A DNA stretch of 64,000 nucleotides from Eledone cirrhosa (GCA_964016885.1 OZ024742.1:25978001-26042000); one strand, 5' to 3'. Counted from the first letter of the stretch, positions 43,100 through 59,542 are shown. Translations and numbers: made by a program. Notes: a model not told the origin generated them from the sequence alone.

Positions 43100-43135
43100 C
43101 TTTACCGGTTTCGCAGTTCTTCTGCTTTTCAAAAG
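43100..43135 (-). ncRNA. Minimal hammerhead candidate, U3-A8 core variant
   Basis: ctt TTGAAAA gcag-aagaa-ctgc GAA ACCGGT A aag. Confidence 0.6.
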
Positions 43136-43208
43136 TAGGATTGAGATGGAGGGTTTGTGGTTTTTCTCACATATATTTAGATAAACTGATATATATACAT
43201 GTATATAA

Positions 43209-43245
<37 letters not shown>

Positions 43246-43251
43246 TGTATA

Positions 43252-43303
<52 letters not shown>

Positions 43304-43341
43304 CATGTAAATAGAGATATAGATATAGCTATATATACATG

Positions 43342-43444
<103 letters not shown>

Positions 43445-43479
43445 GTATATATATCTATATATATATTTATATATATATA

Positions 43480-43550
43480 GATAAAGAGTATTGAAAGATT
43501 AATAACCCATGTGTGATGGACTCATAGATAACGGGAATAAAAAAGATTTA

Positions 43551-43628
<78 letters not shown>

Positions 43629-43702
43629 TGTAAATCTTTGTTGTTCCCGTTATCTATGAGTCCATCACACATGGGTTATTAATCTTTCAATACTCTTTGT
43701 CT
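43480..43702. repeat. Inverted repeat (about 75-bp arms) centred on (TA)n
   Basis: gataaagagtattgaaag...tttacac / gtgtaaatc...ctttcaatactctttgtc. Confidence 0.9.
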
Positions 43703-44177
43703 GTAAATGATATAGCATATTTACTATTATGCTTTATCTCTATCGCAATTTCACCGTATTTATCTATATCACTCTCTATAGCCCATAGATATGTTTATAT
43801 AACTGCGTTGTTTGTCAAGATTCACACACCTTTTCATATCTTTTTTCTATAAAGCAGACGTTAACAAATACAGATACAACCACTGATCCCATGGTGCTCT
43901 ACATAATGTTAACTTTGCAACAGACAAATAAAGGGGTTTATCATTGTTTTTATTTTATTTGTTTTTTTATTATCTTTTTTCGGTACTCTTTTTTGCCTAT
44001 CGGCCCTAGGCTTATCATACATCGAATGTTCGATTTGAAAAGTTCCCGTTTCAAATTCATCTCTAGAACACGTTTCATGTGTTGCTTGGGATGGAGCCTT
44101 GTGATGTAATGATAAGATATTCGATTTTTAGATTAGTAATTTTCAATCAAGCAACATTTGCCAAAAGAGGGTAAATG

Positions 44178-44267
<90 letters not shown>

Positions 44268-44270
<3 letters not shown>

Positions 44271-45496
44271 AAAATGGAGCGCGCGCTCTTCCAATTCCTT
44301 TGAAAGTGGCGGGCTACTTTGGTGAGAAGATCCATCTGCTGCCAACTCCCTTCCAACAGAGGGCTGCGCATGCCATGGATGACGAATCGCAAACACGCGC
44401 TCAGGCTGCGGCCTCTTCTCTACGTATAACCTCACCGGACAACCGGTGTGGGCCCCGTTCGTGAGGTGAGCCTACCCACGACTCGTCTCGCTGACCGAGC
44501 TGCTGTCCTGGGTCAAGCAAAGACCGAGGAAAATGGGCGACTGGCACATCGAATGTGCTCAGGCGCTCACAGCCCTCTGGCAGGCGGACCCGGCGATCAG
44601 TGGAGACTCCACTTCGTCATTCTATAGAGGGTTGATCCGCAGCAAGTGCGACGACGTGCTCGGTGAAACTCTGGGCGTAGAGGAAGACGAACTGGCCAGT
44701 CTGTTCGGTAGGACCTTCCGCCCGGGATCGATGGACAACTTCCAAAAGTCCATGGCCTGGCAGTGCTACCGAGGAGCACTACAAGTTCGAGACAAGCTCT
44801 ACAGACATGGGCGCCCGGGCCGGGACCCTGCAAAACAGATCTATCTTAGGTGCGTACGAGACGAAAAAACCGACGCGCACGCATTCAAACACTGCCCGGG
44901 CATCACCAACCTGTGGGGCTATGTGGAACGACTATTATCTCGGGTGGGACCAATCCAGTTGACCACCAAGTCCATTGTCATGATCAAACCGCCACCCTCG
45001 TTCAAAAACGAAGAAGAGGCGGTTTTCCTTTGTGTGATAGCTATGGCGAAAGAGGTTGTATGGCGGACAAGGTTGAAAGAGCTGAGGTCAGACACCTTTC
45101 TCTCCGGCCAACAATTGATTCTTTTTTTCAAATACCACTTTGGAAGAAGAATCAGGATGGAGAGAGAGGTGCTGTACCCCAGCAAGTTTTATGAAAGGTG
45201 GGTGAAAGTGGCGACAATGGCCCGAGTAAATGGGCCTTCTCTCTATATCAGCCTGTAGGTTGAGGAAAAAGAGGAGGTGAGGAAAGGAGTACAAACTCTT
45301 TGTACTCCTGCAGATGAGGGTTGCACATTTTTTTCGGAGGTATGTGTTACCCATATGTAATGTCTCCCCCTATTGGGGAAAATCGATTAATTTTTAAATT
45401 GCATTTGTGATAATATTTTACTCGTTTTTATTGTATGTAAACTTCCCCCTTTGTATTTGTCCCCTTCTTTTGTGCCACTGTGGCTAATAAAGAAAC
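44268..45496 (+). mobile_element. Tx1/L1-like LINE 3' fragment
   Basis: Homologous to 32255-33500; ends aataaagaaac then (TA)n. Confidence 0.85.
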
Positions 45497-45696
45497 ATAT
45501 CTATATATATATATATATATATGTTTGTGTGTGTGAGTGTGTGTGTGTGTGCGTGTGTGTGTGTGTGAGTGTGTGTGTGTGTGTGTGAGTGTGGGTGTGT
45601 GCGGTTCTATGTGTTTTAATTACAACGGTACCTTCAAAAACCATGTGATATGTGTACACACACACATGCACACACGCACCGACTCACACACACACG

Positions 45697-45780
<84 letters not shown>

Positions 45781-45820
45781 TACAAATATTAATAAAATAG
45801 ATGTTCTTTTGATCAATTAC

Positions 45821-45872
45821 ATTTTCTTATACCTATTTCGGATGTACAACAGTACGTCCTCATCAGGAAAAT
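45821..45872 (-). ncRNA. Type I hammerhead candidate
   Basis: attttc CTGATGA ggacgtac-tgtt-gtacatcc GAA ATAGGTAT A agaaaat. Confidence 0.7.
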
Positions 45873-46308
45873 TATTTTTTACCGTAGAGTGCTTCCAATC
45901 TACTGTAAAACTCATTCTTTGATATACTCATTGAATCTTGTTTAACTCTTTAATATATATATATATATATATCAGAGAGAGAGAGAGAGGGGAAGAGTGA
46001 GAAGGTGTGTGTAAAATGTCAACAGAAATAGCGAAGCAGATACCACAGTACACAGTACATTAAGGAATTATATTAGTTTAACGCTTGAAATAACATTAAA
46101 TGAGACTTAACGCTACTGACACTAATCCTTCGTTAGAAGATTCAATTAGGAATGAAAGATAAAGAATCTGAATGGAAAGAATGAAAACAAAACAAATGGA
46201 AAAACACACGTGCGTGTTCACCCAACGATCTATCTATATATATATATATAGAGAGATAGATAGATATATAAATATACACGGCTGTGTATGATTGTGTATA
46301 GAAGATTA

Positions 46309-46994
46309 TATTAATAAGGGGAATTCCAACTTTGTCTGATTTACTCGTTTTATTTACAATCCTTTAACATTTATAATGGTGTTATAATGAATTAGTATGA
46401 TAGAATATTAAATTCTAAGTGTTAATTGAACAAGTACTTTCATGCTTTCGCAATCTTCAGGTTCATAATATGTGGTGACAGTCAAGTTTGCAATTTTCAA
46501 CTGTAATATGGGTAAATTTTCTACTTTATATGCAGTGAAATGTGGCTCCAGAATGCTAAATCTAGCAAACTGTATTTCGACCAATCAGTGTGTAGTTTCA
46601 CTGAATTACTAAAGCTGATTGGTTTAAGCGTCACGGCTGGTTGAGCATGTCTAACGACCAATAATTAATCATATCCAAAGCATCAATTGTTTTGCTATTT
46701 TTAGAAATGATGAAAATAGCATTTTCTAGTAATCATCACCATCAACATCACATTTATTATTATTATTATTGTTGTTGTCAGCAAATCAGAGACCCAAATG
46801 TCCGTCAGTAACCATCTAGCAACATGTGGTCAAGGAATATTTATAATATCCCCATTCTACAAATTACACAGCCCAAGTGAAATCAAGAGAAAAATCAAAG
46901 AAAAGAATGTTATTGATAAATTCAAACCCAAGCTAAATGAACAATAATAACGCTTAGGGGTATTACTTCTACTATGACTATGACTACGACCACT

Positions 46995-47063
<69 letters not shown>

Positions 47064-47528
47064 AATAATAATAATAATAAAAGTGATGTTGATGGTGATG
47101 ATTAATAGAAAATGCTATTTTCATCATTTCTAAAAATAGCAAAACAATTGATGCTTTGGATACGATTAATTATTGGTCATTAGACAAGCTCAACCAGCCG
47201 TGACGCTTAAACCAATCAGCTTTAGTAATTCAGTGAAACTACACACTGATTGGTCGAAATACAGTTTGCAAGATTTAGCATTCTGGAGCCACTTTTCACT
47301 GTATATAAGGTAGAAAATTTACCCATCTCATTACAGTTGAAAATTGCAAACTTGACTGTCACCACATATTATGAACCTGAAGATTGCGAAAGCATGAAAG
47401 TACTTGTTCAATTAACACTTAGAATTTAATATTCTATCATACTATTTAATTATAATACCATTATAAATGTTAAAGGATAGTAAATAAAACGAGTAAATCA
47501 GACAAAGTTGGAATTCCTCTTATTAATA
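46309..47528 (+). mobile_element. PLE 3' fragment with about 450-bp inverted arms and two identical HHRs (46427-46465 minus, 47372-47410 plus)
   Basis: Central 46780-46926 encodes QIRDP..NHLATC...PFYK...FKPKLN (GIY-YIG end); tgaac CTGAAGA t-tgc-gaaa-gca-t GAA AGTACT T gttca. Confidence 0.9.
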
Positions 47529-47545
47529 TATATATATATATATAT

Positions 47546-47810
47546 ATTGTTACGCTTTGGGAGAGTGATGTTGCTAACAAGAGGTCACAGAATGTGTGAC
47601 GAAAGAACTTTGACAATATATGAACAACCGTCCGGTTGTGGAACCAACCAACCGGAAATTTATAAATTCTTAAATTTATAAATTTAACTTATAATAAATA
47701 GGAGTGAAATTAATCGGTGCGTGTGTTAATTACTGGCAACATGACCCTCTCAAAACATAACGATATCGGCTTCAATGCACGTTTGAAGATAAAGAATCTT
47801 GGTAAACAAA

Positions 47811-47872
<62 letters not shown>

Positions 47873-47918
47873 ATCGGCTTCAATGCACGTTTGAAGATAA
47901 AGAATCTTGGTAAACAAA

Positions 47919-47982
<64 letters not shown>

Positions 47983-48027
47983 TTTGTTACCAAGATTCTT
48001 TATCTGCAAACGTGCGTTGAAGCCGAT

Positions 48028-48032
<5 letters not shown>
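47546..48032. mobile_element. Rearranged 3'-end pieces of the 7004-9262 PLE family
   Basis: 47580-47815 matches about 9025-9255; tail repeated directly (47869-47923) and inverted (47978-48032), separated by (TA)n. Confidence 0.85.
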
Positions 48033-48098
<66 letters not shown>

Positions 48099-48101
<3 letters not shown>

Positions 48102-48315
48102 AACGAGCAGGACCCCGACGGCTGAGCTCAAGCCGTTTCGACGGCTAATTCTGGAGTAAAAATTAATGATTTTTTTTTTAGTCCAGAATTAGCCGTCGAA
48201 ACGGCTTGAGCTCAGCCGTCGGGGTCCTACTCGTTCCTATTACCCACTCTACTACCATAAGTATTGAGTACTTTGGGGCGCTCTGGTCCACCTGGTTCCT
48301 TAGCACATTTCCTTC

Positions 48316-48317
<2 letters not shown>
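48099..48317. mobile_element. Family A palindromic element
   Basis: Same arms as 5435-5632 with an about 25-bp AT filler at the centre. Confidence 0.88.
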
Positions 48318-48391
<74 letters not shown>

Positions 48392-48440
48392 GTATATATA
48401 TATGTATATATATATGTGTATATATATATATATATGTATA

Positions 48441-48523
<83 letters not shown>

Positions 48524-48548
48524 GTATATATATGTATATATATATATC

Positions 48549-50528
<1,980 letters not shown>

Positions 50529-50529
<1 letters not shown>

Positions 50530-51537
50530 AAATAAAGTTAAATAAAAAGTCAAATGTTTAAAATTTAGCTTCGTTTATTACTGCTATATATATTTCAGTG
50601 ACAGCCATCTATGGCTGTGACCTCTTCAGGCAGTTTGAATTAGTATGGTATAGACAAGTACATATATTATTGAGGTTGTAATATTGTCAATACTCTGATA
50701 TGCCCAGTTCCTGGTTGGGTTGTTATTTCACTGAGAAACTGGAATCATATGAATTCAAACAAACGAATTTCAGGGGTGAGGCTCCTTGTAGTATTTGTGT
50801 TTGCTATTGTTAAGTACATTTGACCTCTACCATAAAATATATATATTGCCTTATATTTCTTCATATACATGGAATAACCCCCCCCCCCTCCCTACACACA
50901 CACCCCACCATCACCACCACTATGAGATATGGTGGCAGGAGGGATGAAGAAAAAACACACACTGGATACTTCTAAGTTGTTAGCAGCAGCAAGACCACAA
51001 CACCAACAACACTACCAAAATAATGGTAGAGGTCAAATGTACTTAACAATAGCAAACACAAACACTACAGGGAGCCTCACCCCAAAAAGAATTCTATAGA
51101 CTTCTGACTGAGGAATGCTCTCAGAACTGACCAAGGGGAAGTTTGACACCTTTTTTGTTATTTTGTTCCTTTAACACCTTGTCTCTTCTACCATTTTAAC
51201 AATTTTTTAAGCTAACTCCAACAATAACAACACTTAGAATGAGGAATGTTCTAATAACTGACCAATGAGAGGAAAAGAGACCCTTTGACACTGAAATTCG
51301 TTTGTTTGAATTCATATGATTCCAGTTCCTCAGTGAAATAACAACCCAACCTGGAACTGGGCATATCAGAGTATTGACAATATTATACACCTCAACAACA
51401 TATGTACTTGTCTATACCATACTAATTCAAACTGCCTGAAGAGGTCACAGCCAAAGTTGGCTGTCACAGAAATATATATAGCAGTAATAAACGAAGCTAA
51501 ATTTTAAACATTTGACTTTTTAGTTAACTTTATTTTA
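50529..51537. mobile_element. Fold-back PLE terminus with nested inverted repeats and two HHRs (50580-50634 minus, 51431-51485 plus)
   Basis: Arms 50529-50772 / 51291-51537 and 50774-50833 / 51023-51083; actgc CTGAAGA ggtcacagcc..ggctgtcaca GAA ATATATAT A gcagt. Confidence 0.85.
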
Positions 51538-51727
51538 CATTACTCCGGAGTAACCAAACCAACCTGCGCACTTCGTCGAGTGCTCCAGCCTGCATACTGA
51601 GTGTTGGTATACAACCAACATATACTCAAAATCTCTCTCTATATATATATATATATAATCAAGGTTTAGCAAATAAGAAAAAGTTTTAAAATACATTTTA
51701 AAAAGTTCACTGTACCTGCTAAAATTA

Positions 51728-51809
51728 CCCTTACCGCGCGGTTTCAAGTCTCAAAATAGATGTATAATCCATGCGGAAATCCATTGAGAAGAAGACTTTC
51801 GTCAGAGGG
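51728..51809 (-). ncRNA. Type I hammerhead with enlarged loop II
   Basis: ccct CTGACGA aagtct...agactt GAA ACCGCGCGGT A aggg. Confidence 0.8.
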
Positions 51810-51823
51810 ATATATGCATATAC

Positions 51824-51906
<83 letters not shown>

Positions 51907-51920
51907 GGTGGGTCTGTGCG

Positions 51921-51952
<32 letters not shown>

Positions 51953-51970
51953 CATAGATGGGTCTGTGCG

Positions 51971-52044
<74 letters not shown>

Positions 52045-52047
<3 letters not shown>

Positions 52048-52273
52048 CGTTTCTGAATTTGTTTAGCAAGCTTCTTTCTCTGAAAACGTGTGTTGAAACC
52101 GATTATTGTTATACTTTGGGAGGGTCATGTTGCCAATAAGAAACGCACGCACCAGTTGCTTTCACTTCAATTTATTATAATAAATTTATAAATTTATTAT
52201 AATAAATTGAAGTGAAAGCATATGGTGCGTGTGTTTCTTATTGGCAACATGACCCTCCAAAAGTATAACAATA
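52045..52273. mobile_element. Palindromic 3' terminus of the 7004-9262 PLE family
   Basis: Symmetry centre at aatttataaatt (about 52183-52194); (TA)n on both sides. Confidence 0.9.
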
Positions 52274-52420
52274 TATATATATATATATATATATATCTGT
52301 TATTTTAATAAATATTTGCTGTACGGTTCTTATATATTTGATATATATTTATCCTTATCGAGCCCTCTTTGGATTTTAGTCTTCAAATTTATTATTATTA
52401 CTATATATATATATATATAG

Positions 52421-52807
<387 letters not shown>

Positions 52808-53294
52808 GGCTGTAGACAACTCTAAGGGGGAATATTAGTAGGAAACAGTTTTACACTAATTTTAGTTTAATGGCGAAGAAAATAAGTATTAGTGCAATTT
52901 TAAAACGTTAATTCGTTATGAAGGGAAAATTACTTCTTTGTACTAATTTTAAGATAAGCGTTTATAAAATCGGAGGGCCCTCAAGGAGTATTTCTTTTTT
53001 TTTAAAACAAATGAATGCTAAGATGGATAATTAGTATTCTAAGCTGTGACGAGACAAATATCTTGTGTGGTTAAATTTTTTATTTTGTAAAATTATATAA
53101 ATCCTTGAAAGCCAGTACACGGAGATATGTAGCAAACAACAGTGTGGCTTGTAGGAATATATATTACCTTAGTTAAAACTTCAATGTCTCTATGTCAAAG
53201 GAAGTACAAATCGTGGGACCTGGTTTATCTTTGAATAAGCTGCACTTGGATAACAAATAATCAACAATCAATAATCACAAACTATCAACAATAT

Positions 53295-53510
53295 TTGTTT
53301 CTACATTTGACGAAAGACCAGCAATTAAAAGAGGAAAGGAAAGTCGATTAAATCAACCCCACTGCGTTACTGGTACTTCATTTTATCAACCCCCTAAGGA
53401 TGAAAGGCAAAGCTAACCTCGGCGGAATTTGAAGAGAGAACATAAAGGACCGTAACTCTTTGCCGCAAAGCGTATTGTCCGACGATCTACCAAAGCTGTC
53501 TCCGATTGCT
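53295..53510 (-). mobile_element. Meta-like SINE
   Basis: 'ggatgaaaggcaaagctaacctcggcggaatttgaa'. Confidence 0.8.
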
Positions 53511-54611
53511 TCAAAATTCTCTCCCCAAAATACGAAATTAATGTAATACTGTGGATACATTTGTTTTGTGATAGTATTAATGTTTGTTAGGCTAACTGAC
53601 ATACTTTGAGAAATCCTAATTATGTTGTGTCATGGAGATACAATTATATTGAATTATATTGTTGGCTGGAATCACTAGTGAGAGTATAGATCTGACTGAC
53701 ATAGACCCGGGTAGAAAATAAAAGATTCATAGAAAGTTCTATTGGGGTTTATATCCTGTTCCTACGTGGCCGAACGTTTCCAGAACGATCTACAATAACG
53801 TAACATTTTGATATGTGGTTTGAAAGATTAATGTTTCAAGCACAAGAGCGTTAATCAAGGTTTAACATATATTAACATAGAGAGGCTTTTCAATGGACTA
53901 GGCAAAGTCAAAACTTCATAGATGACTGATACATTTTAGAAAGCCGGTACAATGCAATAAACATATATAAAGCGCAAAGTATAGCAAATAAAAGAAGACA
54001 GGGTGTTGTTTTTCCCAGTATATTTCAATGTGATATTTCATGGCTAATATACCCTTTTCAAATGTAAAACGAAAACAGTTATTTTCAATCGTTTTCCTTT
54101 CACCATTTCTGAAGTATATCAATCATTTATTACATACCTTCGATTTATTACAATGCTTCGTTTTAACTATACTACTTTCTTCTCAAAACTTAATGTTTGT
54201 GAATGCACTTAATTTTGTATATATATGCAAATAATTATTTTTCTCTAATAGGATCTATATCATGTCATTTCCCATCATTCCGTAGCTGCATACATTTCCA
54301 GAAATTATAGCCTATGGAAAAATTAACTTTTAATAAACAAGTTACATTTGATGAACATCTAGTTAAGTCATGAGGGCTAGGTTCGTAGATTAGATACTGG
54401 GAACGGATGTCTCAGTGTATTCTTGAGAAAAATATTCCAATTCAGTTTGCTCAAATTTACTCAACTGAAAATTAGTTATGGCAGTAGCTGGGGCTAATGT
54501 TTGTGATGTAAATGCGTCATCTCTAGACGTGTTGGTGATGGGCATCTTGTACTCTCAGGTGCTTAACGCCAATGAAGCAGCCATAAGCACCAGCATGGAG
54601 CAAGCTTATAT

Positions 54612-54845
54612 ATATATAATGTATAATAAACAATACAATATAATTACCTCATTACCAGAGGTTTCCCGAATAAGACGAATACGAAAAACGTCCTCATTCG
54701 TTCGTCGGACAAGGCAATTTAAAACATAGTGAAATATTTGAAAAGTCTCCTCAAGAAAGGCAACAGTTTAACGGGCAAAAAAATATAAATAAAAGTAATG
54801 CAAGAGATATATAAAATAATTAGGAAATATAGTTAGGGTATGTGT
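54612..54845 (-). mobile_element. PLE terminus of the 9357-16130 family with a U4C HHR (54642-54719)
   Basis: Matches 9357-9590; aattgccttgt CCGACGA stem II GAA ACC-tct-GGT A atgaggtaatt. Confidence 0.85.
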
Positions 54846-55713
54846 AAGCTTATTAGCTATCGTGAGCAACGTATACCTTCCTGCAAGATGATTGAACATC
54901 TGAAAGTAATTACTTTCCTTATGCATATTAACGGGTGAGCAGCCTAATTTGCATATCGACTGCGTTAATCGGCCGGGGTACCGAAAACGATAAACGGAAA
55001 AAATGAAACGAAATTTCATTTCTCACTCTTTGTACGGCTGTTACTTAAATATAATTATGTATACATACATACATATATGTATACAGGCGTACAGTAGTAT
55101 GTATATATATATATACATACATGCCCACATATATATATGTACGTATGGATTCACCGAACATTTATTATAATGCTCGGTGTGTTTGTAAACACACATCCCG
55201 TAATTAAGCCGTACAATGTCTAGCAACCATCGTTGCTCATTTGTTCAACCCTGCCAAAGGAACGCTGTAGTAGTTTCAAGCTTATTAGCTATCGTCAGCA
55301 ACGTATACCTTCCTGCCAGATGATTGAACGTCTGAAAGTATATACTTTCCTTATGCATATTAACAGCTGAGCAGCCTAATTTGCATATCGAGTGAGTTAA
55401 TCGGCCGGGGTACCGAAAACGATAAACGGAAAAAATGAAACGAAATTTCATTTCTCACTCTTAGTACGGCTGTTACTTAAATATAATTATGTATACGTAC
55501 ATACATATATGTATACAGACGTACAGTAGTATGTATATATACATACATGCACACACATATATATATATGTATGTATGGATTCACCGAACATTTATTATAA
55601 TGCTCGGTGTGTGTTTGTAAACAAACATCCCGAATTAAGCCGTACAGTGTCTAGCAACTATCGTTGCTCATTTGTTCAACCCTGACAAAGGAACGCTGTT
55701 CTAATTTCAAGCT
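54846..55713 (-). mobile_element. Two 432-bp tandem monomers with a minimal HHR (non-LTR retrozyme-like)
   Basis: Units start with AAGCT at 54846, 55278 and 55709; HHR 55262-55304: acgttg CTGACGA t-agct-aata-agct-t GAA ACTACT A cagcgt. Confidence 0.8.
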
Positions 55714-55766
55714 CATATTATTCAAAATGTTAACAAATGAAGATATTCACATAATCAGAATATATG

Positions 55767-55831
55767 CTTTATTATATATATTTCGAAGGTACTGTGTTGT
55801 TTTTTTTCCATTACGCCCTCGTCAGATAAAA
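55767..55831 (-). ncRNA. Type I hammerhead candidate
   Basis: ttttat CTGACGA gggcgta...taccttc GAA ATATATAT A ataaag. Confidence 0.7.
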
Positions 55832-55896
55832 TATATGATTTGATATATGACATACCTATTAAAACTCCATGAATATTTATTTGTTGAGTGCTTTTA

Positions 55897-57505
55897 GATA
55901 CCGCACTTTACCCTGAAGGACCATAAGGGAAACTTCCTCAACAAACCATCAGTCAGACTTATCAACCCCACTCGTTTAGACATCGGCTCTATCAGTAACA
56001 AGATCCTGGATAGAGTTCTACCATCATTGCGGGCTGCCTCACGACTCCCACTCTGGAGCAGAACATCTGAGGCAATATCCTGGTTCCAAGAATTACCCGA
56101 CAAACACCACACTCGCTTCCTGCAACTCGACATAGAAAACTACTATGCCTCTATCTCGGAGCCCCTCCTGAAGGAAGCAATTAACTTTGCCAGGAATTTT
56201 ACCACCATTACCGATGCTGAGCAAGTTGTTATCTTCCACGCCCGTAAGACCTTTCTATACCACTATGGATCTTACTGGATCAACAAGAAATCTCAGACCC
56301 CATTTGACGTTAGCATGGGAGCGAGTGACTCGGCTGAAATTAGCGACCTTGTGGGCTTGTACATCCTACATCACCTGAAGAACCTCTTTACCGGCCTAAC
56401 CGGAGGTTTATACCGAGACGATGGCCTCTTCGCTCTGCACAAGGTTAACCCCAGAACCACCGATGGGTTTCGGACAAACTTAAGCTCGTTCTTCTCTAAT
56501 CTAGGATTTAGTATAACTATAGAATCTAATTTGACTAGGGCCAACTTCTTGGATGTCACTCTCGACCTAGATACTTCCCTCTATTACCCGTACCACAAAC
56601 CTAACGAGTCCCTTAGATATATTAATGTTAATTCAAACCACCCCCAAAACATCACTGATAACCTAGTAAAAAGTGTCTCTATTAGAATATCTGGCCTCTC
56701 TGCCAACAAAGATATTTTTAACGCTTCTGCCTCCTACTACAATGACGCCCTCGCTCGCAGCGGATTTAAAGAAAAGATAACCTACCTAGAAACCACCGCA
56801 AGTTTGCAGAGGAGGAATAGGCATAGGCAGATTAGCTGGTACAACCCTCCCTTCAATAGAGAGGTCTCTATACCGATAGCTAGGATTTTCTTCACTTTGC
56901 TGAAATTACACTTCCCCATACAACATAGGTACCACACCATCTTTAGTAAGAACACAATAAGACTCTCCTACTCCACTTAACCTAACCTAGCTAGGAATAT
57001 AGCCAACCACAATTCAAAAAATTAAATAAGCCAACCACCTCCGAACCCAATCCCCGGACTTGGGCTTTGTGTAATTTCCTAAATAAGGAAGCATGTCCAC
57101 TTGAAAACAAATGCCTCACAAATGATATCGTATACAAATGCGATGTCATCTCAGGCACCGATGATTGCAATAACAAAAAAGCTTACATCGGCATGACCCA
57201 CAATAACTTAAAAACCCGTTGGTATGCCCATACCCACTCCTTCAGAAGACCGGACAAATCAAACCAGACAACACTGGCCTCCTATGTTTGGGATCTCAAA
57301 AGGAACTCCACCCCCTTCACGCTTAAATGGAAAATACTCCAGAAAGTGCGCTCTTACAGCTGCGACCTTTGTATCTCAGAGAGCTACGAAATTTTATTCG
57401 CCAAGGGCCGCTACTGAACAAACTCTCTGAACACTGCCCGAACTGCATGGAAAAAACTTTGCAACTTTCAAATACTTTAAGCCAGTGTTAAAGCCCGATG
57501 GCTAA
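55897..57505 (+). pseudogene. 5'-truncated Hydra-clade-like PLE RT + GIY-YIG with stops and frameshifts
   Basis: TLKDHK..RLINP, LDIENYY, FDVSMG..D.AEISDLVGLYIL, GLYRDDGL, WYNPPF, CPLENKC, YIGMT, KTRWYAH, CDLC. Confidence 0.93.
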
Positions 57506-57741
57506 AAACGACCTCCTCCTATTAGCCCCTATACCTCTTTCCCACCCTACCCCCACCCCTCCTCAACCTGAAATACGGCCACTAAGGTTATGTGAGTATC
57601 TCTTACCTATCTGCCTTTTCTGCCTGTAGAGCTGTTTTTATGTGCCTGTGTATATGCGTATATTTATTCAGTACTTATTTACTTGTATGTGTATATATTT
57701 GTGTGTATGTGTGTATATGTATGTACATGTATGTGTATGTA

Positions 57742-57802
<61 letters not shown>

Positions 57803-58006
57803 GTGTATGTGTGTATATATATATATATATATGTGTGTATGTGTGTATATATGTGTATATATATGTGTGTGTGTGTGTGTATGTGTATATATATATATAT
57901 ATATATGTATATGTATGTGAGTATGTATATATATATATGTGTATATATGTATATATGTGTGTGTGTATGTATATATATATGTACATATATATATATATAT
58001 ATATAT

Positions 58007-58155
58007 AACAAAGGAGATGTGGTAAGGAACCAGGTGGACCATAACGCACCAAAGTACTCAATACTTAGGGTAGTAGATGGGTAATAGGAACCAGTAAGAC
58101 TAGTCCAGAATTAGCCGTCGAAACGGCTTGAGCTCAGCCCTCGGTGTCTTACTGG

Positions 58156-58160
<5 letters not shown>
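58007..58160. mobile_element. Family A element (internally deleted)
   Basis: Long arm on the minus strand, short arm with GAAACGGC on the plus strand; sits in (TA)n. Confidence 0.85.
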
Positions 58161-58208
<48 letters not shown>

Positions 58209-58243
58209 ATATGTATGTGTATATATGTATACATATATGTATA

Positions 58244-58287
<44 letters not shown>

Positions 58288-58442
58288 TATATATATGTAT
58301 ATATAAGTGTATATATATATATGTGTGTGTATATGTATAAATATATATGTGTGTGTATGTGTGTGCAAATATGTGTGTATATATATATGTGTGTGTGTAT
58401 ATGTGTGTATATGTGTGTATGTATGTATGTATGTGTGCACAT

Positions 58443-58475
<33 letters not shown>

Positions 58476-58930
58476 CAAGTTAATATATATTAATATATAA
58501 TAAACACTAATATAAACAAATAAGTGTTTGTATTGTAAATGACCAAGTTAGCTAGATTGAAAAATACTAATTAAATTAATACAGTTTGCCTGTCTCGATT
58601 TAAAATAATAAATCAATAAAAACAAACCCATATTGGCAATAACCGTTATACCTGGACAAATTTAAATTTCAAAACCCAAATAAGTTTCGCAACGATAATT
58701 TTAAAAAGTGAAAGATTCCAACTTCTGTGGTCATCGGCAGGTATCCGGAAAATTAACATGTTTCACCTCGAAATATTTAGGAGGACTGGTAGTCAAGTGT
58801 TAACGCACGTGGTTTTCCAGCTCCTAGCTATCCCCATACTCATGCTGTTAGAAATAACAGCCGTTTTATATATGTATATATATGTGTGTGTATGTGTGTA
58901 TCTTTGTATATATGTGTATATGTGTGTGTG

Positions 58931-59053
<123 letters not shown>

Positions 59054-59542
59054 ATGTATGTGTGGGTGTTTGTGGGTGCGCGCGAGTGTGTGAGTGAGTG
59101 TGTTTGTGAATGTGTCTGTTGATTTTTGGCATATAGTTGAATAGTTTAAGAGAAATTTGAAGATAATCGTATGATATGCACTCAATATTTTGAATTTGTC
59201 TACAGAACTCTCTAGGCCTTTGTCACTTAGTAGAACCTTAAAGATTTTAGCTTTTAAAGAATCTCCCTTTCCTTTAAATACATCAACCATGACTGACCCC
59301 CACTGATCTTATAGACAACTGTTAGGTTAAGAGAAACTTAAAAATAAGGAGTGGCACCCCATCCTGAACTTGTTTATAGAATTCTTTCTGCCTTTGTTAC
59401 TCTAAAAATAAACTATAGCTTTGAAGAATTAGCTTTTAATGAATTCCCTTTTCTATCAACCAATGACCTACACCCATCCCACCCCTAACCTCTCCTACCA
59501 TTTGAAGAGACCTATAAATACCATACTTATTATTTCATACCC

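Noticed and set aside
55305-55325. Resemblance to the U1 snRNA 5' end (ataccttcctgccag)
   Set aside because: Similarity stops after about 15 nt and no U1 stem-loops follow
58750-58800. GAAACATGTT half-hammerhead on the minus strand
   Set aside because: No CUGANGA or stem I partner found upstream
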